Assembly: GCA_040437565.1 (NCBI GenBank)
Contig: JBDOQK010000029.1
Location: 62,001-126,000 of the forward strand
DNA length: 64,000 nt
Direction: 5' to 3'
DNA from: Albugo candida
Lineage: Eukaryota
The first letter of the stretch is position 1; every line of letters starts with the position of its first letter. Under the pieces are notes generated by a model. That model was not told the origin of the DNA. It did not search any database and saw only the letters and a list, made by a program, of their open reading frames with translations. The position numbers and the translations under genes are program-made. Positions 35,854 to 49,181 of the stretch are shown in pieces.

Positions 35854-38800
35854 ATGCTTCCTGCATTCCACTTTGATTTTCATCAGCCGATTTCGCAACG
35901 TATTGCTCAAATCGCTACATTTGATGGTGTACATCCATCACTCGTGTGTGGTACAGTTGCAGGCAAAGTTTTGATACATTCGCCGCACCTGAGCGATGGC
36001 AATGAACCAATCCAATCTTTGAATGTGAATCGTAGCGTCACTGCGCTTGCAGCTGGCAAATTTCGCGATTCGGATATTGGGGATACGCTCATCATAGGGA
36101 CAAAATCGAGTATACTAGCCTACAATGTTGAGCGAAACGTAGATTTGTTCTATAAAGACTTGCCGGACGGCGTTACTGCATTGATATTTGCTCGAATTCC
36201 CATGCTTCAGTCCGGCTCCACCGCGGAAAATATGATCGTGGTGGGAGGAAACTGCTCTATCCAAGGCTACAACTACCTCGGTAACGAGACATTGTGGACA
36301 GTGACAAGCGATAATGTGGGAGCTCTCGCATTGTGTGACATTAGTGGCCAGGGTCAGCAAGAGCTCGTGGTTGGAACTGATGACTTTGAAATTTCGACTT
36401 ATCAAAACGATCAAATTGTTCATGAATGCACAGAAACCAGCCGTGTTGTTGCACTGACGTCAATAGAGCATCAACTTTTTGGATACGCACTACAGAATGG
36501 CACCGTTGGAGTGTATCGAGGAAAGAATCGTGCATGGCGTGTGAAATCGAACAAAGAGCCGACGTCACTTTACAGTTTTGACGTTAATGGCGACAGCGAG
36601 CCAGAGCTAATTATTGGGTGGAGAAATGGGAAGATGGAAGCTCGAAAAGTAGCAAATGGCGAATTAGTGCATAAATACAGCCTTTCAGCTTCGATTGCAG
36701 CAATAGTATCGGGCGATTATCAAATGGATGGGACCGAGCAATTGATTTGCTTTGTATCGGATGGACAAGTGCATGGGTACGTCGCTGGTGAGATTCCTGT
36801 CACCAGTATTCAAGATCAAGCCCGGCAAGCTGAGAATGAAATTTCCAAGCTGCTTCAGCAAAAAGCAAATCTTTATGCAGAACTTCGCAGATTGGAAAGT
36901 GGTGGTTCAAATGTTGAGTCGGGATCTACATTTTGCATCCCCGCAAGCACGCAAATACGAATAGAGAATACAACCAAAAGGGATTCTTCCAATTTGGAAC
37001 TCTCCGTTACAACGGGAAACGAAGCGGTGATAAAAATGCTGATATTTTTCGAATATGATGCAGGAGTGTTTGATGGAGAATCATTTGTCGTACGCCCACC
37101 GATCCCTTCCGCTACGGTCGCAGTCTCACTCAATTACACCAAATGTGCTGCCGTTAATTTCGATATAAGAGTTCTCGTCAGTGCACGTGCCAGCAATGCA
37201 ATGTCTCATGTCTTCCAATGCTCCTACCAGCTTCCAAAATTTGCAANNNNNNNNNNNNNNNNNNNNNNNNNNNNNNNNNNNNNNNNNNNNNNNNNNNNNN
37301 NNNNNNNNNNNNNNNNNNNNNNNNNNNNNNNNNNNNNNNNNNNNNNATCAGCCGATTTCGCAACGTATTGCTCAAATCGCTACATTTGATGGTGTACATC
37401 CATCACTCGTGTGTGGTACAGTTGCAGGCAAAGTTTTGATACATTCGCCGCACCTGAGCGATGGCAATGAACCAATCCAATCTTTGAATGTGAATCGTAG
37501 CGTCACTGCGCTTGCAGCTGGCAAATTTCGCGATTCGGATATTGGGGATACGCTCATCATAGGGACAAAATCGAGTATACTAGCCTACAATGTTGAGCGA
37601 AACGTAGATTTGTTCTATAAAGACTTGCCGGACGGCGTTACTGCATTGATATTTGCTCGAATTCCCATGCTTCAGTCCGGCTCCACCGCGGAAAATATGA
37701 TCGTGGTGGGAGGAAACTGCTCTATCCAAGGCTACAACTACCTCGGTAACGAGACATTGTGGACAGTGACAAGCGATAATGTGGGAGCTCTCGCATTGTG
37801 TGACATTAGTGGCCAGGGTCAGCAAGAGCTCGTGGTTGGAACTGATGACTTTGAAATTTCGACTTATCAAAACGATCAAATTGTTCATGAATGCACAGAA
37901 ACCAGCCGTGTTGTTGCACTGACGTCAATAGAGCATCAACTTTTTGGATACGCACTACAGAATGGCACCGTTGGAGTGTATCGAGGAAAGAATCGTGCAT
38001 GGCGTGTGAAATCGAACAAAGAGCCGACGTCACTTTACAGTTTTGACGTTAATGGCGACAGCGAGCCAGAGCTAATTATTGGGTGGAGAAATGGGAAGAT
38101 GGAAGCTCGAAAAGTAGCAAATGGCGAATTAGTGCATAAATACAGCCTTTCAGCTTCGATTGCAGCAATAGTATCGGGCGATTATCAAATGGATGGGACC
38201 GAGCAATTGATTTGCTTTGTATCGGATGGACAAGTGCATGGGTACGTCGCTGGTGAGATTCCTGTCACCAGTATTCAAGATCAAGCCCGGCAAGCTGAGA
38301 ATGAAATTTCCAAGCTGCTTCAGCAAAAAGCAAATCTTTATGCAGAACTTCGCAGATTGGAAAGTGGTGGTTCAAATGTTGAGTCGGGATCTACATTTTG
38401 CATCCCCGCAAGCACGCAAATACGAATAGAGAATACAACCAAAAGGGATTCTTCCAATTTGGAACTCTCCGTTACAACGGGAAACGAAGCGGTGATAAAA
38501 ATGCTGATATTTTTCGAATATGATGCAGGAGTGTTTGATGGAGAATCATTTGTCGTACGCCCACCGATCCCTTCCGCTACGGTCGCAGTCTCACTCAATT
38601 ACACCAAATGTGCTGCCGTTAATTTCGATATAAGAGTTCTCGTCAGTGCACGTGCCAGCAATGCAATGTCTCATGTCTTCCAATGCTCCTACCAGCTTCC
38701 AAAATTTGCAATGTTTCTCCATCTGTCCAGCAAGTGGGATGATAAAAGTAATGGTTGTGTCCGATTTAAAACGCCCCACAGAGTACAACAAATGCTTTCC

Positions 38801-39479
38801 TGGATGCAAAACTCCTTCATACTCTCAAACATGGGCACCTCCATCGCGTCAAAACAGTATATTGCCCATTTTCGATCACTGAGTGAGGAAACGACGCTGA
38901 CTATAGAAATCAATGACACAGAGACAGCCATGCATACAAATGATATGCATTTGGCAGCTGAGATGATTCAGGACATGTGCAACTTTTCAAAGTGCCGCGA
39001 GCTAGAATCAGTTGCTGATTTCCCACAAAAGATGCAAAAATTCTGTTGTTTACTGGAAAAAGTCGATGAACTGAATACAATTCGTCTGAAATTGACTGGA
39101 GAAATGGCGGACGAGTCGGTTTCAGTGAAGAATCTGATTGTTCAGGCGGAGGATGCTCGACTTCTGAATGAAATGTAAGGCTCATAATTCATTTCTTCGA
39201 TCTCTAACGTGACTCCAATGCAGGGAACGAATGCGTCGAAGCTATTCTTCACTCTTCACTTTAAACAATCAACTTTTGGGTGAATATATGAAAAGAAAAA
39301 ATAATCAGCAAGCGCTTTTAAAAGCTTTGAAGGAAGTGAATACCATGATACAAGTGACAGGAAATCTACGCTATGGGAATGCAAAAACACGTGCGATCTC
39401 TGCGTGCCGAAAGGCAATACAAACCAGTAACATGCAATCCTTATTACATATCGTGGAGACGGGAAAAGAAGACGTATGA
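35854..39479 (+). CDS. BBS2: Bardet-Biedl syndrome 2 protein (BBSome); internal duplication is a gap artefact; intron ~39177-39223
   Basis: FDGVHPSLVCGTVAGKVLIHSPH, DLFYKDLPDG, VGGNCSIQG, WTVTSDNV, NGTVGVY..WRVKS, LPKFAM, ADFP, AEDARL, LKEVN..IQ..GNLRYG. Confidence 0.95.
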
Positions 39480-39510
39480 ATCAGCCAAGATATACCACTA
39501 TGCAATTCCA

Positions 39511-39938
39511 TCACTGAGCGTATCGCATCTTCATGGACGACCATCCGTCATCTTCCTCTTCGAATGTTATTCTCCGTATGATCGGATCATTCCTACCGCC
39601 AACATATCACTCAATGACCAGAGCAATCAGCCAATCTGATAATACCTCTTCTCAGGATGACAAGAATTTGGCTCAAATGGACGCGTTTGGTTGTGTTGCT
39701 CATATGCGTTACAATCGGGCTCTTTCTTGTCCAATGCGCTCTTATCCGGCGAGATAATTAATTCGTGGCGCACGCCTTTGCTGCCCGCGGCGTTATGGAC
39801 CCGTGCCTCCAGTGTTGATTTCTACATCAATAGCAGCATGTGATTATATGATTCATGATGTTCGTCTTTACGAACGAGTTCTTCAAGAGCCTGAATTTCT
39901 AATCGCACAGATGCGAGATAGTCTGCTGATTCATTCAT
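39511..39938 (-). CDS. Small hypothetical 3-exon gene (~105 aa)
   Basis: Removing a 54-nt and a 53-nt GT-AG intron gives one frame: MNESADYLASVRLEIQALEEL/KSTLEARVHN...CHPEKR/NDPIIRRITFEEEDDGWSSMKMRYAQ*. Confidence 0.6.
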
Positions 39939-40174
39939 ATAGAATCGCTTTCGCAAACGCAAAATAACAAGTTTTTTCATACTTTCCACCAAGCAAAAGT
40001 GTATGCGTATGGAGAAGACGTACGGAAGGATAAGATCATTCAAAATTGAAAAGCATCCAATGTAAAACAACGCCGTAAACAACGAATTTGTGGCAAATTC
40101 GCTTTTCATTGTTGCTTCCATTCACAATGTATTATCGCTATACCGAAATAGTGTGGTTACCCCAATTTACAACA

Positions 40175-43100
40175 TCAACGAAGTCGCTTCATCGCCAAAT
40201 ACAAAAGTCCTTTCAATCCGCGAAGCCAATCTTTGTGTTGCACCCACTCTGTAGCCGTCCAGCCGACATATATCTGCTGCGCTGAAGCAAAATCAGCTTT
40301 TGTAAAGCATTGACACATATCGTGTAACTGTGCCACCATCGCTGTCGACAGAATTCCTGCATTGAGTTTCGAGTACATAATGTCTTTTGCCTTTTTGATC
40401 TCTGACATTTGCTTTTGTTCGAGCTACAAAAAGGTGTAATGAGTAACGTAAAAGGAGAGTGACGTACATTGCGTACCATTGTCAATGGGAGACTTTGAAT
40501 ATGCGCAATGAGATCGTCAAATGTCTTCACAATCGCTAAATCCTCTTGCGATACATTTTCAGTGGTTCCTAACACAACGTCACTTGCAAATGACGCTTTC
40601 GCAGACGACTTGACTGGGGACAGCGTGGCTGACGATGTGTTCCCGTACTTCAAAGTGAGTTCGCGATTGCCCACACTGCTCACAAACCCGTCTTTTTTCT
40701 GAGAGCTCATATCGACCGATGGCGTTGAGATGCGTGATGACGACAGCGATGACGCAGCTGCTAAGGAATTGACTCCAGTTGATTGCATGACTGACGGTGA
40801 CGCATTGTAAGCGGTCGTATCGGATGGGTACATTGGAGTCGCAGGTGCATTCATGGTGATGCCACCAACAGGAGCAGTTGAGAAAGCTGGTTGTTGGTTG
40901 GGATATTGAACGTTTGCTGTGGGTGCTGCCGCTTGGTAGGCTGCATTAGAGGGATTGCCAGGAGCGTAAGCGCTCTGTTGCATTGGGTATGGAGCATTTG
41001 GCTGTTGGGCTTGTGTCGAAATACCAGGGTATGCGTTAGGCTGTTGGACCTGAGAGGGAAGAGCTGGCGCTGGATAGGAAGGAGTTCGGTCGATTCCGGG
41101 TTGCTGTGAAGGATAAGAAGGTTGTTGTTGTGGACCCCCACCACGTCCCAAATGCGGGGTGTACGCTTGAGATTCTTGCGGAGCACTGTATGGAGATGCG
41201 TTTTGGTTGGCGCCGTACATCGGAGTTGTTTCTCTTCCGGTCGGATAATTTCCTGATTGGAAAGATGAATATCCAGTTGTATTGTTGACTGCAGCCTTTG
41301 GCATATTTGGAGATGGCGCAGGTTGAGCGTATTGATTGGAACTCTGCAATGAAGATTGTCCATACTGCTGCTGACTGTTCTGTGCGTGAACGGATATATC
41401 GAAAACTTCAAACGGGAATGGTGGAGGTTGATAGCCTTGTTGCGGAGCTGCGTGGAATATTCGATCTCTTAGAATCGCGCATTCCAAGTCTGGGTATCGA
41501 GCGTATTTTGCGGCTATATCGAGTCTTCCTTGAGTGGCAAGCTATCAAAGAATGCGGTGAGCATTAATGGCAAACAAACGTCAGCAGTTATGCTCTTACA
41601 AGCGTGGCATATTCGGCTATACAGCGAGAAACCTCTGCTGTCATGTTTTGTTCTGCTTGATCAACAGCCTGACAGAATACCGAGACTTTCTCGACTAGCT
41701 TTTGTAAGGCGTAAGTTCTTCCAAAAGTGCCTGATTCTAATTGACACTCATGGACCCAAGCGTTCACGGTCTTGGCAACATTCACAGCACACATGTAGCA
41801 CAATGTGGCTGAAGACATATCTCCTGCAGCTTCCAAGCGTTCCGCCAATTTGTCACACAATCCTGGAAATTCTTCACTCTTTGCGTATGTGCTCAACATT
41901 GCCAGCGTTTCTCTCCATTCTTTGAGGTTGGAGCTCTCGACAAGGTCCAGTAGTTCATTACGGATGACGGCGGAAACGATGTGCATGACAGGTCTCTTCT
42001 GATGTTCGAAGAATGCACGTTGAGTTTTATCCCATAGTTCTGGTCCACCACAAGAAGCTAATAAAAGCGCATCGGCAAATTGGTTGTAATGGAGACAACA
42101 ATTGACAGCCAGCTCGAAGTTGCCCACCAGCAAAGCCTGCATGAGGATCGACTCGGATTTCTCTGTGTACACTGGCACAGGCACCGTATCAAGTCGCTTA
42201 CTGTCATCGTCCGGTAGGGATGATCCAATATCGGAGAGATCTTCGACAGAAGTTGGTTCTGCTTGAGGACCTGCTGAGAAAACGTCCTCAGCCGCAACGC
42301 CATTCTGCAAAAACTCGTTTATTTACTAAGTGTCAAGAAAAAGACGACCAACGTACATCGGTAGGAGCGAGCATGTCGTTGACTGCTGTTGGAGTACTTG
42401 CAGCGGGTTTTTCAGGTGCAAATCGTTCGTTTGCTTGACGAATCTTCTCCGCATCGAGGCCCAAGTAAAGTAAGAGGTGCTGCCGCGCATCCTTTTCAAA
42501 GAGTATTTTCATCAGACGCCACACACTTTTGCTGTGTTCTGTTGTTGCTGACGCCACTTTGCGATCGCACAAACCAGCGACGTCTTTTGATTCTAATGAG
42601 CGGTCTAACTCTTCGGCATCTTGAACAGCCGAGTGTTCTGTGACAACGTAGTGAAGATGGATGAGCCGTCTACGATCCGCATTGGCTCCGATCGGTTCTT
42701 TCGGGTTTCCAATTGTGACAAGTTTGCCACCAAAACCGAATGTCGCACCAACAGGTCGACGCATCCATCTCGGTGCACGACATGCTGGATTGCCTCCACC
42801 AGCAAGTCCCCAGACTTGAACCTTGCCATCTAATGTGCACGCTGACGCTACTGCAGGTATACGAGGCGACCACTGAACTTTGATTCGACGTTGACCCGAG
42901 CCACCACCGAAAAACTGATCAGAGCCTAGCGATGGCGTGTGGCTTTGCTCTGACGGGAATTCAAACATCGATTGACGAGAATATAAATCCCATAAAAGCG
43001 TCCGATTGTCTTTGGCACATGATAAAACGAGGCCCGGATCATTGGGGCACCATGAAAGAGACAGAATACCGGCTGTATGTTCATTGAATTCGGCAAGCGG

Positions 43101-43945
43101 AGTCGTTGTAGAATTCCGTAAATCCCAAAGTTTGATCACTGGCCTTTGATCATCTCCTGATGCAGTAGCGATTTGCAAGCCTTCCCTTGGGTTCCATGCT
43201 ATTGCCGACACAGTGCCACGTTGAGGGTCTCGCATCTCACACCAGGGCTTCTTTTGCTTCAGATCCCAAATAACAACAGAGCCATTTTGTGTTCCCGTTG
43301 CCAAGATATAATTAACTTGTGTGTTCCACGCAACGCTGATAAAGTATAAGTTTTTTTTATCAAGTTATGAAAATCACTATAAAATGTGACAGCATACCTC
43401 GTTATCTCATTTATTTGCCCTTGCGTGATACTTCCTCCACTCGGTGTGAATACTGCAGGATTTGATAGTTTTTCTAGTGACATGATGTATACTTCGCCGT
43501 CACTGCCACCAGATGCAATCAGATGGGAACTGTCGTCATGAGGATTGAATTGGATGTCATTGACGCATCCTTTGTGACGTGACACTCTGCCGATTTCGAG
43601 CTGACTCGACTCTTTCTTATCCTCCATGGCTTTTGGATTCCAAAAGCTTACCATTCCGTCAGACATTCCTCCTGCTACCACTCCATACGGACACGTTTCA
43701 TTGTGCTTGAGAATGTCTCTCCACGCGAGTGAAGTGAATCGATTCGGTGTTTTCACAGAATTTATCACATTCATTTGGTGAGTTGGATCGTTGAAATCAA
43801 TAGACACAAGTTTTATCTCTCCTCCTGTGTTTTCAAATCCAACGCCTGAATCGCCTCTGGACCCTAGTGCAAGGAGATTTGCTTTTCTTTTACTTGGGCT
43901 CCAAGCAACATTTGCATTCGCTTGTATTTCCTTCAGCAAAGACAT
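40175..43945 (-). CDS. SEC31: COPII outer coat protein Sec31 (multi-exon)
   Basis: N-terminal WD40 region (AWSP, RFTSLAW, WDLRN, SWCPNDPGL), APRWMRRPVGATFGFGGKLV, ACE1 helical region (QALLVGNFELAV, DALLLASCGG), Pro/Gln-rich linker, C-terminal helical domain. Confidence 0.95.
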
Positions 43946-44941
43946 GGGTACCCGTCGATTCTCGAAATTTGATCGTTTTTATAATAAGCGGCTCCCCCCT
44001 TCTGAAATGGAGTATACGTGGTATACTAAGGTCCAACTGTGTAGGTTAATATTAGAGACCCATACGTGTCATACACTGAGCAATGATTATTTTGTGTGGC
44101 CATTTCCTGAGTATCTATTAGTCTATAAGCTACAGCCACCCCATACCTGACGCTACCGCCTTGAAGGGATCTGACTATCGCTCCTCACATTGTGGTGCTT
44201 TTAATGCATGTATACAAACCCATTAAAGTATACTAGTGGCAACATTAGCTTAGTATAGAGGTCGAAGCAGTACAGAACAAGTGACAGACGTCGACCAGAT
44301 GAGTCTTTCGGGCGTTGATATTGTGTTAGATACTTTGATAACGTCACGGTGCATTCACATTACAGCTGGTGAAATTGTTGTGTATATTCTTTGAATAACG
44401 CTTCTTCCCTGCCGTTATGCCGTGTGGGCAAAAAAGGCATAGCGATGAAGTACTTGGGGCACTCAGACGAACGGCACTAGGAAACGTGGGAAACGCGAGA
44501 TAGGCTGAAATAATATGCAACTCTCGCGGTAGTATTTCGAGCTCCGATTGATTGAAAAAGTGGTAGAGATTATTTGCTTTGCCTGCTTCCGAATACGATT
44601 TTTGAAAGGCTGTACTTCCTGGACGCTTCTGTCGGTATGACGTCATTGCAAACAAAATTGGAGGGAGTTCTATAAATGGGGCACATGGAAGGAACACTTC
44701 TCATTAGAGCTTTATCGATGGACATTAGTGCACGTTTCATGAATGAAATGGTACATTCAATGCTGTTCATGATTGAGTCGTGTCCTGGCCAGTGTTGTAA
44801 AGTCGATATCGCTGGCAGTGTAGGAGGAATGTCTCACAGATTTTGCTTTGAAAGCTGCTGGCAATGTCATTGTCCAATCCAATTCGTTTGAGTACATGAA
44901 TTAGCCAATTATATGCATGCAGACAGACGACAGAATTCGTT

Positions 44942-47853
44942 ATGACTCGACTTGATAGCGAACCATTATTTGCAGCGATTACCTGTGTCATTCATCCTGA
45001 GTCGGTAAATGAAATCGAGCATGTAGCATTAAAATGCTGTCTTTTAGACGGTGGTGCATCTATTGTACCATTCAACAGTCGTGTAGATAGTATACAAGGA
45101 GATACAATACTCTCAAAACACGTCACACATGTAATCTGTAGACCGGAGCAATACAGCGCTTTTGTACCTCCTCGAAAGAATCAATTTTACCACATCATAC
45201 GTCCAGAATGGGTCTATCGCTGCTACCTATACAAAGTGTTAATACCACTCCGCTCCTTTAGCGCGAATCCCGACTTGTTTTTCGGAACACTTGCATTCGT
45301 TGCAGACCAAGTTGAGAACGATCCAAAAAGAGTCGTTTTTACGCTGATTCGATATTTCGGTGGAATGATCATTGAAAGTGAAGAGCAGTATAAATTTGCA
45401 ACACATTACCTTGTTTTTGATCATTCACCCAATTACAATGTGAAGAGGTATTGCATCAGTAAAGATTTCGATCCAAAAGCCCTAAAACTCCATTTGAACA
45501 AATGGGAGGAAGATTTGAAAAAAAACCTTCAAGCTTATCCGATGAACTGTGGAGCAATGTTGCCAGATTGCGTTATCGGCTACTTGAGCAAAATTGCTGG
45601 AATCACGAATCAACATGTCGTTACCTATAAGTGGCTAGAGAAATGCCTTCAAGAGAAGACGAGGCTACCAGAAGCAGCATTTCGACCTACATACGCTCTA
45701 CAGTTAGCTGATGAACTTTTTTGTGATGTGAGTGATCAAATAGCCTTCAGCAATATGAATCCAGGATACTTTCGTGAAGACAATACAACTGTCGAGTATT
45801 TGATAGAGGAAAGCGATTTTTATTCGAAAACACTGACTTTGGTAGCGACTTTGATCATTACTTTTGGACTCTACAACGATCTTACCTTTTTGCTCGCTGT
45901 GTTTAGCGATCAAGTTGTATGACAGAAAAACGAATAAGTGTACCTCTTGGTAGAGGATCAACAGTTTTAATTGCTCGGCATGTGTCACCAAGCGGAAGGA
46001 TCCGAGTCGTTGATTGTCTGCAAAACACAGGCGTCGAAATAGTTACGGTTCCGAATGAAAGTTCCTGTGAAGACATCTATGAGTTCATGTGCTTGGTCGA
46101 TGTCGTTGTCTGTCAATATCGGTCTGGAAAGGAATATCGGGAAGCTGTGAAGCAGAAAAAGCGTATTGTCAGCGTACTTTGGGTCCTATTCGGGCAAACA
46201 TTTGACATGAGTAAGCACTAGGACGCAGAATAAGCATCGAATCACATTTCAACCTCGTAGAACTTTCTGATGGGCAAGATACGGACAAAGAGAGACTCTT
46301 GCAAAGTTTGTATCAACCTGTTCGCGCTTTTGGTGGAATACCGAGCATGCACGGCTTTGTGATCACTCTGTCAGGGTTTACCAATCGCACGAATCCCACA
46401 CGGAATGCTCTTCAGACAGCCATCTGTCTAACAGGAGCATGCATCTTACCGATTTTATCGCGAAATCATTCTACTCATCTTTTGTGTTATGAGCCTGGTG
46501 GAGAGAAATATCATCGTGCAAAACAGTGGAATTTTGCTAATATACTCAAACATCAGGTACCTGATCTGCGATAGAAACATTTCTCACTCTAATGTTTCGA
46601 GTCGGATTTAGTGGCTTCTCGATTGCCTTGAGAGATGGAAGTATGTTTCAGAGAGTACGTATTCTTGGACAAGTTTCGATTGTGAAGGTCAAAATGATGA
46701 ACGAATGTCGACCACCATCGAAATAGCTCGTCTAAAAGAAAATTCGGATGATAACAAAGAGAATATGGTCGACCTCCAGCCTGAAATGGACACACAGTAC
46801 AATCAACGCAAAGTCAAATCCTTTGTCGAGTCCGAACCAGAGAATGAAGACACGCAGCAAAGAAATGGGACCACACGTGAGATTGGCGCTGTTTCACATG
46901 GTCAGGAGACGCCAAGTAGTCTCGTTCTTGCTCCTATCATGGACACATTAAAGATAAATGGACAAGACGATGAGCATTCTCGGCGAGTATCTTCCGGATT
47001 GGAATTACTTACAAGCCTTGCCGATGTTTCATTAAACTTACAAGACACTGGGCATGCCTCGCAGACTTCATCATGTCCACAAAGCCTGAAACGAAAAATG
47101 GACGTATTTCCGGCAGCTACAAGCTCTCCACAAAAATCTCGTCGGAAAAACTACACAGTAGCGAAAAAAGCAAGCACCCATCAATTCAGATTCCTTCTTA
47201 CTGGCAATAAAGATGAATGTGCTTCAAACAGTTCTGTGATTGCAGCCTTAGGTGGTCGCGTCTGTCAAAGCGGGAGGAAATTTGACATGCAATGCACGCA
47301 TGTCATTTGCAGTGAGCTCAAACGAACCGAGAAATTCGTTGCTGGTTGTGCTGCAGGAAAGTGGATTCTAAGACCATCGTTCTTGTGTGCGAGCTCGCAA
47401 GCAGGCTACTTTGTGGACGAGGCGCCGCATGAATGGGGAGCAGAATCCACGTCTCAGGACAAAGTCGATTCCCGAATATGGTATTTGGCCCCTCAATTCT
47501 GGCGAAACGAACGAGCTGCTGGTCGACCTGGCGTGTATAATGGATGGCGCTTCCTTATTCATCCTCGATGCATTCCACCTGCTGACATGTGCGAACGAAT
47601 TGTTATCGCAGCCGATGGAGTCGTTGTACCATCGCAAAACAAAGCAAAAGACCTCGTCAAGCTCGGAAGCCAACACACAGACGAGCGCCCCGTATTGGCA
47701 TTGCTACCAATTGGTCTATCTCCACGCGATGCACAATTCAAAATGTTCAAAACAACTAAACTGAAATGTGTCAATGCCGGTTTCCTCATTGATTACATTA
47801 CAAAAGATCAGCAGCATCGTCCGCAGTACAAAGATTATCTGATCGGAGGGTAG
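44942..47853 (+). CDS. Multi-BRCT protein, TopBP1-like (multi-exon)
   Basis: Several BRCT repeats (VTHVIC..IIRPEWV; THYL..VVTYKWLEKC; STHLLC..GEKY..AKQW). The C-terminal pair CTHVICSELKRTEKFVAGCAAGKWILRPSFL..EWG..FWR resembles TopBP1 BRCT7/8. Confidence 0.8.
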
Positions 47854-47858
47854 GATTT

Positions 47859-48380
47859 CTACGAGACAATTAGAAGGGAATCGTGTTGGAACATCTAAAC
47901 GATTCACAGGCCGCTGGATAAGAGGAAGTACATGGTTATGGACAGTGGCCTTCGTACCTTTTGAAAAGATTGGTATCCACCTGTTAGAACTCGGATTTGC
48001 GGTCTTGATTCATGCTCATGTAACATTACATCGATGCGCGATTTAAATCGCTGTGCGCAGAACGGCGCTCGTACTTGACTAAACATACAATGAAATACAA
48101 CCATTTTCTTATTTTTGTAACGCTGCACGAGTTCATCGACCTGCTCATCATCCTGAAAAGAATCATTTGGAGGTGCGTTTATGGCACTTCGAATGTGTCC
48201 ATTTTCGTCATAATCATCGTCACGAACATCGATCACCGTCATATCGCTATTGGGATACATTTCTGAATCGTTCGTATATGCATTAGACAGCTGGTTTCCC
48301 AGAATAGGACGTAGTAACTCTGCAAGTGCGGCAGGTGATATTCGCTGGATTGTATCCATTTTAGTGATGCAGTCATTCAT
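47859..48380 (-). CDS. Small Cdc25-like rhodanese phosphatase / ACR2-type arsenate reductase (2 exons)
   Basis: VIDVRDDD..GHIRSAIN, VVFHCMFSQVRAP (CX5R), VLTGGY. A short last exon MFQHDSLLIVS* follows an intron. Confidence 0.88.
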
Positions 48381-48390
48381 TGGTCATAAT

Positions 48391-49110
48391 ATGTCAGGAA
48401 GCGGTAGGAAGTCACACTATCGCAAAAGTGTGACGCGACAAGTTTTAGATGAGTATCCAGAACCTCGAGACTCTGTCGACCAAGTCGTGTGTGTAGTAGC
48501 TTCTAGAGGAAGCAATATATTTGAGGTATTGTTGTAATGCTACTACATACAATTGTGAAGCAATAACTCATTCTCAAAGGTTTTGCATACGAATGGACAA
48601 GTCTCACTCACCATGTTACCACAGAGATTTCACAAGCTGATTTGGATCAAACGAGGTGCGGTGATAGGACGACTACACTCCTTCGCTTAAAACTCTGATG
48701 CGCTGTTTAGGAAACTTTCTGATTGTCACTTTTGGCGATACAGAAGTCGACAACAAAGATGCAGTAAAGTCGATGGTATTGCACATTCTATACAAAGATC
48801 AAATCAAACACTTGAAGCGGAAGCAATTGTGGTACTGAAGCTTGATTGTGAATTGAAGTGGCAAGTTTAGGGAATGTGCACGTATAGGCCAAGCGAATTC
48901 TCTAATGTGGATTCAGGATGGCTGGATCGACAAAGACCACTCGAACCTCTCTCGAATGAGGCGAGTCATCTAAAAGACTTGGAAGCTCGAAGCACCGACT
49001 CCCGATCAATCACATTCACAGAGCCTTCGGATGCATTTTACATCAATTCCAATCGAAGAGTAGCTTGCAAGGACGACGAACATACTAATCATCATGAAAT
49101 AGGAGACTAG
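48391..49110 (+). CDS. EIF1AD: eIF1A domain-containing RNA-binding protein (4 exons)
   Basis: RGSNIFE/V..LTMLPQRFHKLIWIKRG/NFLIV..HILYKDQIKHLKRKQLW/PSEF...YINSNR. Confidence 0.9.
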
Positions 49111-49181
49111 ATCCATCGAAACAACAAATATTTGATATCCAGTAAATGAAATCAGACCATAGACTCCATTTCTTTGGATTT

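Noticed and set aside
35854..38711. Apparent tandem duplication of BBS2 (likewise COPG/EI24 at 28052-31081 and Hsp70/JmjC at 22920-24495)
   Set aside because: The copies look identical and break exactly at 100-N gaps; assembly overlap artefact.
40700..41450. Pro/Gln-rich low-complexity repeat protein
   Set aside because: It is the normal proline-rich linker of Sec31.
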